The notes beneath the pieces were generated by a model. The model was not told the origin of the DNA, searched no databases, and was given only the letters and a program-made list of their open reading frames with translations. The translations under genes and the position numbers were made by a program. Of a stretch of DNA of 48,022 nt, positions 29,651 to 37,605 are shown piece after piece. Origin of the DNA: Patescibacteria group bacterium (lineage in GTDB: Bacteria > Patescibacteriota > Microgenomatia > UBA12405); assembly GCA_050943115.1 (NCBI GenBank), contig JBMNON010000001.1, positions 1-48,022 of the forward strand. Direction: 5' to 3'. Every line of letters starts with the position of its first letter. Position 1 is the stretch's first letter.

Positions 29651-30112
29651 GACAACCCGAAAGAAAAAAGAATAGAAAAGAAAGTGTAAAGCGCGAAACA
29701 AAGACGAATATTGCTTAATAAGCAACGGGCAGGGAGCCGCAAACGGCACTGTTCTGGCCCCCTGCCATTTATGGTTATCTTCTAGGATCGCGGCCTTGGT
29801 CTTGGTCGTCCAGCCCGCCTCTTCGGAGTCTTCTCCGGCGACTTATCGCCCATTGGCTTTCCCCAACCGCTGACCCTTGATGAAAGGTCCTCTGCACTTC
29901 TTCTTGTCACAGTTCCCACGATAGATGCATGACTTGCACTTTCCCGGCATGGTATGGTTCCTTTCATGTCATGTGTCTTCACAGTTGACTGACATATGGC
30001 TCTGACCGATAGACACAAGCAATCGGATCACCTCCTTCCTATTTTGGGATACGAAGAAAACATAAATACTATATTCTCTTCGTATCCCAATCTTTCGGGT
30101 TGTCAAAGTGCT
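29651..30112 (-). other. Structured RNA cassette B (same architecture as cassette A)
   Basis: 14-bp IR 29651-29664/30091-30104; 14-bp hairpin 30044-30057/30077-30090; 11-bp hairpin 29728-29738/29756-29766; AGCACTTTGACAAC at the 5' end. Confidence 0.7.
29843..29950 (-). CDS. Small Cys-rich peptide (35 aa, MPGKCKSCIYRGNCDKKKCRGPFIKGQRLGKANGR), below the ORF-track cutoff
   Basis: Hand translation; GAAAGGA SD upstream; CxxCxY..GxC..CxGP shared with 29173-29379. Confidence 0.6.
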   Translation of the reverse strand: MPGKCKSCIYRGNCDKKKCRGPFIKGQRLGKANGR

Positions 30113-30173
30113 TTTTGAAGGCTTACAAAAAAATGCTGATATCTTTTGATATCCTTCAAAATATTATGGGATT

Positions 30174-30201
30174 ATTGTATCAACAATTATATAATTATCA
30201 A
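30174..30201 (-). promoter_or_regulatory. Sigma70-type promoter driving the cassettes
   Basis: TTGATA (30201-30196), 16 nt, TACAAT (30179-30174) with extended -10 TG. Confidence 0.6.
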
Positions 30202-30409
30202 GTGATTGTTTTATAGGATATTTACTCAATTCTAGCCGCAAAAAAACTTCTTTCCTACAGGAACACTTCGTCAAAAACCTTAACACTATAAGTCTTACTA
30301 GTTCCATATGCGATACTACACCAATATGTATCACTTTGCAATAAGTAAATGTATGCTTGTTAACCTACCTACTCCCCCATTTACAGCCATTTAATGTAAA
30401 ATATAGTCA

Positions 30410-32752
30410 ATGTCGCTTGAGATTAAAAATAACCTATCGATACTCCAAATTCGCTTACCGCAAGACAATGAATTTACCCTCGAAGCCATGTCCTCACTTC
30501 TTAGCAACTTCAGCCAGTCCGGTTCGGTTTCCCTTACCGACCGTCTCAAGGGCTACCGTAAAACTATAGCCAGTTTGGAAATTGTACTCATGGAAGGTCA
30601 AATCTATTTTTTTGTGGTCGCTCCCCAAGAAAGCATGGAATATGTCCGTTCCCAAATCTTAGCCCAGTACCCCACCGCCATCACCCGTGACACTGCTGAT
30701 TATTTTGCAAAAATCGACAATCTTAAAAGTTTAAACTTTGCCCAACTCGGCCTTGCAAAATCTTATAGCTACCCCGTAAAAACCGCCAGAGACTTTCGTG
30801 ACACTGACCCCTTGGTTTCTGTTCTGGCTCCCCTCTCCCGTTCCAACACCAAGGATGATTTCTTTATTTATCAAATAGTTTTGGGTCCTGCCCATAAAAA
30901 TTGGCAGGGACCAATAATGGATATAATTCAAAACGGCATTGTCATCGATAAAGAAAAAGGTCTGCGCCAAGCCCACCCCGACCGTTCTATCTTTGAACAA
31001 AAAATTCAGTTCCCAGGCATTTTGGCTCAGATTAATCTCGTTTCCAGCAACCCCAACCTGGTTGCTTCAGTTTCCTCATCTTACGGCGCTTTTACTTCTC
31101 CCCGTGGTAATTCGCTAAAAACCTTCCCCCCTGGCCTCTTTAATCGCTCCAAGCTCCCCGACTGTATCATCAATCGCAAGATCAGTACCAAGCTAAAAAC
31201 TCAGATCTTAAATACTGAAGAAGTATCAGCCCTCTGGCACTTCCCTAACAAGCTCACCAAACTTCCCAATATCGCTTGGGGTAAGAACCTTTTTTCCGAT
31301 CCTCCCGAAAACCTCCCTGTCGCCGACAACGCCACTGAAGAAGAAAAGAAAAATATCACCTTTTATGCCAAAACTGAGTTCAGAAACAAAGATTCCATTT
31401 TCGGCATCAAACAGGGCGAAGACCGCCGCCGCCACATGTACATTATCGGTAAATCAGGTACCGGTAAAACTACCCTCATTGCCAATATGGCCATTGACGA
31501 CATCAGAAAAGGCCGAGGCGTCGCCGTCATTGATCCTCACGGCGATCTTTGCAACAACATCCTAGATTACATCCCCAGCAACCGAGTCAATGACTGCTGC
31601 TACTTTAATCCCGCCGATCCGGAATATGTCTACCCCCTCAATGTTCTTGAAGCCCAAAACGACTCCCAAAAAGAACTGGTTGCCTCAGGCGTAATTTCCA
31701 TCTTCAAAAAAATTTACGGGGAAGTTTCCTGGGGCCCACGGCTTGAGCATATCTTAAGAAATGCCGTTCTCACCCTGGTCAATACCCCCAACACTACCCT
31801 GGTTGATATCGTCGAAATCCTAACCAACAAAAATTTCCGGGAAAAAGTTATTGCCCACCTGAATAACCAAACCTTGAAAAATTTCTGGATCAACGAATTC
31901 AATCGTATGGAACCAAGGTTCCAAAACGAAGCTGTCGCTCCTATTCTCAACAAGGTCGGCCAGTTTATTGCCTCCACCAATATCCGAAATACCATCGACC
32001 ATCCCAAATCAAAAATCAATATCCAACAAATAATGGATGAAAAGAAAATCTTAATTGCCGATCTTTCCACTGGAAAACTTGGGGAAGACAACTCTGCCCT
32101 TCTTGGTGCCATGTTGATCACCCAAATCCAGCTTTCTGCCATGAACCGTGTTTTCCAGGAAGCCGAAGCCCGCTCTGATTTCTATCTTTACGTTGATGAG
32201 TTCCAAAACTTTGCTACCACCTCCTTTATAAAAATTCTTTCAGAAGCCCGTAAATTCAAACTCAACCTGATTGTCGCCAACCAGTACATGGCCCAGCTTG
32301 AGCGCCCCATCCAAGATGCCATCTTTGGCAATGTCGGTTCTATCGCTTCATTTGTCGTTGGCAATCAGGATGCTTTCATTTTAAGCAAAGAATTTGGTCC
32401 TCAATTCCCCCCTGAAGACCTCGTTAAAATTGGTCGCTATCAAGTAATTAATAAGCTATCTATAGACTCTGAAACCACTAACCCCTTTTACGCCTACACC
32501 CTACCTCCTCTGTCCTGTAAAAACCAGGGCCGTGACAAACTGATCAAAACCTCTCGAGAGCGCTGGGGTAAAACAAAGGATAATTTTAAAAAAAACCCCT
32601 CTCAGCCCCAACCCACGCAAAAGTCCCAAGAATCCCAGTCAAATCCAACCCCTCCCAAAAAAAACCCTCAGGTCAAAACTGTAATTAATCCGGAAAAAGA
32701 GAAAACCACTCCTCCCCCAACCGCAACCAGTCGTCGTACTTCTATAGAATAG
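30410..32752 (+). CDS. VirD4/TraG/VirB4-like P-loop ATPase (type IV secretion coupling-protein-like)
   Basis: DRRRHMYIIGKSGTGKT, VIDPHGD, LYVDEFQNF, SEARKF, ANQY, GNVG. Confidence 0.85.
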   Translation: MSLEIKNNLSILQIRLPQDNEFTLEAMSSLLSNFSQSGSVSLTDRLKGYRKTIASLEIVLMEGQIYFFVVAPQESMEYVRSQILAQYPTAITRDTADYFAKIDNLKSLNFAQLGLAKSYSYPVKTARDFRDTDPLVSVLAPLSRSNTKDDFFIYQIVLGPAHKNWQGPIMDIIQNGIVIDKEKGLRQAHPDRSIFEQKIQFPGILAQINLVSSNPNLVASVSSSYGAFTSPRGNSLKTFPPGLFNRSKLPDCIINRKISTKLKTQILNTEEVSALWHFPNKLTKLPNIAWGKNLFSDPPENLPVADNATEEEKKNITFYAKTEFRNKDSIFGIKQGEDRRRHMYIIGKSGTGKTTLIANMAIDDIRKGRGVAVIDPHGDLCNNILDYIPSNRVNDCCYFNPADPEYVYPLNVLEAQNDSQKELVASGVISIFKKIYGEVSWGPRLEHILRNAVLTLVNTPNTTLVDIVEILTNKNFREKVIAHLNNQTLKNFWINEFNRMEPRFQNEAVAPILNKVGQFIASTNIRNTIDHPKSKINIQQIMDEKKILIADLSTGKLGEDNSALLGAMLITQIQLSAMNRVFQEAEARSDFYLYVDEFQNFATTSFIKILSEARKFKLNLIVANQYMAQLERPIQDAIFGNVGSIASFVVGNQDAFILSKEFGPQFPPEDLVKIGRYQVINKLSIDSETTNPFYAYTLPPLSCKNQGRDKLIKTSRERWGKTKDNFKKNPSQPQPTQKSQESQSNPTPPKKNPQVKTVINPEKEKTTPPPTATSRRTSIE

Positions 32753-32832
32753 CTCCCCAACTTTTCATTTTAACAATACTCTTTACCTAATTACACTGTT
32801 TCTTTTTTCCATTATTAAATCTAGAATTTATC

Positions 32833-33060
32833 ATGACAACAGAAATTCTCAGAAGGGGCCTTCCCCGCCAAAAAGCCGTAGACGCACTCCGTCAACCCGG
32901 TATGCATATTGAAGTAATTGACGAAACATCCCAATGTGACCTCTGCTCTTATCTTCAAACCTGCCAAGAAACGGGCATTACTCCCGATCTGTCAGAGTGT
33001 CTTGTCATTCGTCAGAATGGCCAGTCTAGGGCTTCTTCCACCCAGCCCATTTACACTTAG
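32833..33060 (+). CDS. Small hypothetical protein with CxxCxYxxxC..C motif
   Basis: 75-aa ORF in the gap after the ATPase; TAGAAT 5 nt before ATG; overlaps topA 3' end by 35 nt. Confidence 0.5.
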   Translation: MTTEILRRGLPRQKAVDALRQPGMHIEVIDETSQCDLCSYLQTCQETGITPDLSECLVIRQNGQSRASSTQPIYT

Positions 33061-35011
33061 GATAATTACTGCAACCGTAAAATCTTCTGCCCGTCTTGGT
33101 TCTTTTAACTACACCCTCGGCCCCACACTCCGGGCACTTAAATCCGGCTGACTCTTTAAACTGAGCCGTATATTTACACTCCGGAAAACGGGAACAGGAA
33201 ATAAACTTCCCGAACCTTCCCACTCTAACCACCAGATCTCCTTCCTTACACTCGGGACACTTTTCACCAAGCTTTTCCGTTTCTACCTTTACCCTCTCAG
33301 CGTTCTTTTCTGCATCTTTTACACTGTCTTCAAAATCTCCCCAAAACTTTTTCATCATTTCCTTCCAGTCAAGCTTCCCCAAAGACACCTCGTCCAAATC
33401 TTCTTCCATCTCCGCGGTAAATGGCAAAGATAATATATTTACAAAATTTTTTACCAAAAAATCATTTGTCGCTAGCCCCAAAACCGTCGGCTTAAATCTC
33501 CCTTCCTCTTTTTCTACATACTGCCGCTGCTGAATTGTGGAAATAATGGGAGCATAAGTACTGGGTCTCCCTATCCCCTGCTTCTCCAAAGAAGCCACTA
33601 AACTAGCATCGGTATAACGGGGTGGTGGATTTGTCTCCGTCTTGTCAAATGATATTTTTTTGCTCTTGACTCTTTCACCCTCCTTCAATTCCGGCAGGAC
33701 CTGGTCTTCATGCTTGTCTCCGCTGATTCTCAAAAAACCATCGAACAACATTCTTACTCCCTTTGACTGAAATATTCCTTTTCCATTAGCAAAATTAACC
33801 GTTGTATTTTGCAATTTGGCCGCTGCTCCTTGCGTTGCCACGGCCCTTTTCCAGATCAGTTCATACAACTTTTTCTCCCTGGCATCCCCTTCCGACAGGT
33901 TTCTCGTGTTTGCGCTTGTCGGTCTAATAGCTTCATGGGCTTCCTGAGCATTTTTGGCCGTATTCTTATAAACCCGTACCTTGCTTGATAAATATTCTTT
34001 GCCAAATTCCTTTTCTATAAATTTCCTGAACTCGCCAATAGCCTTATCAGATAAATATACCGAGTCTGTCCTATGATAAGTAATTAACCCTCTTTCATAT
34101 AGTCTTTGTGCCACACTCATTGTTTGTCTTCCGGACCAGCCAAATCTTCTTGCTGCCATCTGCTGCAGTTTTGAAGTGGTATAAGCCGGCAGGGGCGATC
34201 TGCTCACCTCTCTACCCGCAACTTTTTCAACTACAAATTCCTTGGCCAAATCCTTAATAAATCCATTCACTTCTTCCTGTTTATTAAAAATGGTCTTACT
34301 ATAAGAATACTCACCATCAAATAATTTTATTTTTTCGTTCTTAAAAACATTTTTACCATCAACCTTACTCAAATCAGTTCTAAATTTACCTCCACCTTTC
34401 TCCAATTCTGCCCAAATCTTAAAATATTCCTCCTTTTTGAACTTTTCAATCTCTCTTTCTCTTTCCACAATCAAACGCACCGCCACCGACTGGACTCTTC
34501 CCGCCGACAAACCTCTTCTTACTTTTTTCCAAAGTACCGGAGATAAGCTGTAACCTACCACCCTATCCAAAACCCTGCGCCCTTGCTGGGCATTAACCAA
34601 ATCCAAATCAATATTCCTCGGTTTTTCTATCGCCTCTTCAACAGCTTCCTTGGTAATCTCATGAAAACTCACCCGAGTAATGGGTTTGTCATCTTTTATC
34701 TTTGAACTCTCAATTAAATACTTTACATGCCAAGCAATAGCTTCACCTTCACGGTCAGGGTCTGTGGCCACAAAAATACTGTCAGCTTTCTTGGCCGCTC
34801 CCAGTAATTGGGCAACCACCTTTTTCTTATCGGGACTAACAACATAATCAACGTCAAAACTGGACATATCCACCCCCATCTTACTTGAAGGCAAATCACG
34901 TAAATGACCAACCGTCGCCATCACTTCATAATTACCACCCAAATATTTACTTATCGTTCGGGCTTTAGTTGGTGACTCCACTACCAATAGTTTTTTTTGC
35001 ATATCTGCCAT
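33026..35011 (-). CDS. topA: DNA topoisomerase I
   Basis: VESPTKA, ATDPDREGEAI, SAGRVQS, ITYHRTDS, C4 zinc ribbons. Confidence 0.98.
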   Translation of the reverse strand: MADMQKKLLVVESPTKARTISKYLGGNYEVMATVGHLRDLPSSKMGVDMSSFDVDYVVSPDKKKVVAQLLGAAKKADSIFVATDPDREGEAIAWHVKYLIESSKIKDDKPITRVSFHEITKEAVEEAIEKPRNIDLDLVNAQQGRRVLDRVVGYSLSPVLWKKVRRGLSAGRVQSVAVRLIVEREREIEKFKKEEYFKIWAELEKGGGKFRTDLSKVDGKNVFKNEKIKLFDGEYSYSKTIFNKQEEVNGFIKDLAKEFVVEKVAGREVSRSPLPAYTTSKLQQMAARRFGWSGRQTMSVAQRLYERGLITYHRTDSVYLSDKAIGEFRKFIEKEFGKEYLSSKVRVYKNTAKNAQEAHEAIRPTSANTRNLSEGDAREKKLYELIWKRAVATQGAAAKLQNTTVNFANGKGIFQSKGVRMLFDGFLRISGDKHEDQVLPELKEGERVKSKKISFDKTETNPPPRYTDASLVASLEKQGIGRPSTYAPIISTIQQRQYVEKEEGRFKPTVLGLATNDFLVKNFVNILSLPFTAEMEEDLDEVSLGKLDWKEMMKKFWGDFEDSVKDAEKNAERVKVETEKLGEKCPECKEGDLVVRVGRFGKFISCSRFPECKYTAQFKESAGFKCPECGAEGVVKRTKTGRRFYGCSNYPKCKWAGWKKP

Positions 35012-35049
35012 TGTCCCTCTATCTTAACACCCCTGTCAAGCTCCAACGC

Positions 35050-35313
35050 TTATCTTTTAAATTCCATTCCATCCAGTTCCTGCCCGTTATTGTCAAAGAC
35101 ATACAACTGGAATCTGCTACCTCTTGGATAGGCATCCATAAAAGCCTCAATTCTACTGGGTCTTCTGTGCGGATCACCAAATACAAAACTTTCATTCTGT
35201 CCGTTTAATGGAGCTGTTAGTACAACCCGGTTCTCCCGCCCCCCGATTATGCTTCTTATTTGCTCTACCTGTTGTCTTTTTCTAAAAATTTCTTTAAATC
35301 TCATATCTGACAT
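35050..35313 (-). CDS. Small hypothetical protein
   Basis: 87-aa ORF starting 1 nt after the restored dprA stop. Confidence 0.55.
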   Translation of the reverse strand: MSDMRFKEIFRKRQQVEQIRSIIGGRENRVVLTAPLNGQNESFVFGDPHRRPSRIEAFMDAYPRGSRFQLYVFDNNGQELDGMEFKR

Positions 35314-35314
35314 A

Positions 35315-35946
35315 TCATATCATCAATTTCATTAATTGGTGTCGCCCCGTTACTGATTAAATAATTTGGCGCCCAACTATTTGTGTCGTCAATCCGGCCT
35401 GGAACAGCCCACACTTCTCTTCCATAATCTAAAGCCAGCCGAGCTGTCACCAAGGTTCCACTCTTTCTGCCTACCCTCTACAACAATTATCAGTGAACAC
35501 AATCCGGCTACTATTCTGTTTCTTTCCAAAAACTTTACCCGATCTACTTGGCTGCCGTCGCTATATTCAGAAACTATCAATCCCCCCTCCCGAAGAATAC
35601 GTTCATATAATTGGCAATTGCCCTTCGGGCTAGCTACATCCACCCCGCTTGCCAACACCGCAATTGTCTTCCCGCCACAATCTAAACAAACATTATGTGC
35701 TCTGGCATCGACACCAAAAGCCATGCCCGATACCACCCCCGCTCCCCTTCTCACCAATTCCGGCACCAACCTTTCAATAACTTTTTTCCCATATCCAGTC
35801 ATTTGTCGGCTACCTACTACTGCCACCAATTTTGGCCAAGCCAATAGATTTTCGTCACCCTTGTAGTACAAATACTTCGGGGCATTGGGAATCTCTTTCA
35901 ACAACCCAGGGTAATTATTCTCATCAATACCGATATGGCTATTCAC
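35315..35946 (-). pseudogene. dprA: DNA-processing protein DprA with a one-base frameshift near 35463 (pseudogene or assembly error)
   Basis: AVVGSR, SGMAFGVD, RNRIVAGL, VVEG in one frame; SGTLVTARLALDYGREVWAVPG...NYLISNGA continues in another frame to TGA 35315. Confidence 0.85.
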
Positions 35947-37603
35947 TTTCTTCTTCTATACTATATATAACCTTACCATTTTCATCATACCGGGGTACAA
36001 TCGTATCCGGCTCTTCAAACCATTCCTTTAATATATCTCCGACAATTGGTGCCGCCACATCAGACCCTTCCCCACCTCTTTCCACCATAACCGTAATCGA
36101 AATTTCCGGATTTTCTATGGGGGCAAAAGCAGTTAACCAGGCATGAACATCTTTACTGCCGTCTCCAACTTCTGCCGTTCCGGTCTTACAGGCAATTGGT
36201 GTCTTAAAATTAAACAAAGGCCAAGCCGTTCCGCCTTCCTGGCAAGCCCTTTTCATCCCCTCAATAATCAGATCCCTGTTATCCCTTTTTATCTTCAAAT
36301 CAGTGCACTCGGCTTTTTTGTTCTTATCCAAAGTTAAATTACACTTCACTCCCTTATTTGCAATTACATTAGTCATCAGATTAACCTGCAGTGGAGTAAC
36401 GTCCAAATCCCCCTGTCCTATAGATAAATGGTAAGTATTTCCCAAATACCACCTCTCCCCCTTTACTTCCTGTTTCCAATCCCCGTCGGGTACCACACCG
36501 GAAAGTTCTCCCGGAATTTCAATTCCCGTTTCCATTCCATAACCATACTTAACAGCCCATTCCTTGATAGTGTCGGGGCCAATCTTCTCTCCTAGCTTAT
36601 AAAAATAAATATCATTGGACCTCTGCAATGCCTTAACGACATCGACCATTCCGTCAGTTCCGCCCCTTTTCGTCCACAACCAGTTATTGTATGTGTAATC
36701 TCCAACTTTTATAAAACCGGTGTCTTCAATCAGAGTATCTCCTCGTACAAGTCCGCTCTCAAGACCCGCCGTGGACACTGCAATCTTAAAAACCGACCCG
36801 GGATGGTATCTTGCGGCGATTACCCTGTTTAGCAATGGCAAATTTTCCTTATCATTAAGGTACTTGCTTATAGCCACGTTATCTCTAAAATATGAAAAGT
36901 CATTAGGATCAAAAGATGGTGATGACACCAAAGCCAGAACTTCTCCCGAACCAGGTTCGCTGATTATTACTGCTATCTTCCTCCCCTCTACCATCTTGTA
37001 TATTTTTTCCTGCCAATACGCATCAATGGTCAAACTAATGTCTTCTCCCTGCACTGGTTCCTGCCTCCCCAATTCGCGCATATAATTACCTTTAGCGTCA
37101 ACCTCAATCAACCTTCTTCCGTCCTCTCCTCTTAATTTGCAATCAAAATATTCCTCGACACCTCCCCTGCCTATAGTGTCCAAGGGACTGACTTTAACTC
37201 CACACTTTTCCTGAGCGATATCCTCGCTATTTACCTTGCTTATGTACCCACTGACAAAGGCAGCTGTCTCTTTATACGGATACTGCCGCTTCAAATCATA
37301 CGCCAAATCTTTACCTTCAAATTTAAAACCCTTAAACTCGCCTCCCTCCTCATAAACCTTATTTTCACCATCTTTACGAAAATACTGATAAATACTTTCT
37401 GCTACCACCCTCCCTTTCCTGTCCAAAATTTTTCCCCTACCTGCCGGAATCTCCGTCTCATATACCTTATTCTCCCTGGCTAAACCTTGATAATATTTCC
37501 CTTTTATTAATGCTAATCTGGCTACAGCCACAATCAACACTCCGAAACTTAATACTAAAGCCAATTTAATTAACCAATATTTCCACGAAACCAGTTCCTC
37601 CAT
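35939..37603 (-). CDS. mrdA: Penicillin-binding protein 2 (class B transpeptidase)
   Basis: RGKILDR, PGSVFK, SND, IGQG, KTGTAE. Confidence 0.92.
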   Translation of the reverse strand: MEELVSWKYWLIKLALVLSFGVLIVAVARLALIKGKYYQGLARENKVYETEIPAGRGKILDRKGRVVAESIYQYFRKDGENKVYEEGGEFKGFKFEGKDLAYDLKRQYPYKETAAFVSGYISKVNSEDIAQEKCGVKVSPLDTIGRGGVEEYFDCKLRGEDGRRLIEVDAKGNYMRELGRQEPVQGEDISLTIDAYWQEKIYKMVEGRKIAVIISEPGSGEVLALVSSPSFDPNDFSYFRDNVAISKYLNDKENLPLLNRVIAARYHPGSVFKIAVSTAGLESGLVRGDTLIEDTGFIKVGDYTYNNWLWTKRGGTDGMVDVVKALQRSNDIYFYKLGEKIGPDTIKEWAVKYGYGMETGIEIPGELSGVVPDGDWKQEVKGERWYLGNTYHLSIGQGDLDVTPLQVNLMTNVIANKGVKCNLTLDKNKKAECTDLKIKRDNRDLIIEGMKRACQEGGTAWPLFNFKTPIACKTGTAEVGDGSKDVHAWLTAFAPIENPEISITVMVERGGEGSDVAAPIVGDILKEWFEEPDTIVPRYDENGKVIYSIEEESE

Positions 37604-37605
37604 CT

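Noticed and set aside
29782-30018. 78-aa ORF from the ORF track as the cassette B product
   Set aside because: The 35-aa Cys peptide in another frame has its own SD and matches the cassette A protein. Only the last 23 codons of this ORF are kept, as a tentative peptide.
30025-30040. 16S rRNA gene fragment on the + strand (GGATCACCTCCTT)
   Set aside because: No helix 44/45 sequence upstream; better explained as an extended SD on the minus strand.
29080-30104. MITE or IS remnants with terminal inverted repeats
   Set aside because: No target-site duplications or transposase. The conserved motif extends outside the IR on one side only, and G-U pairs indicate RNA-level structure. Not fully excluded.
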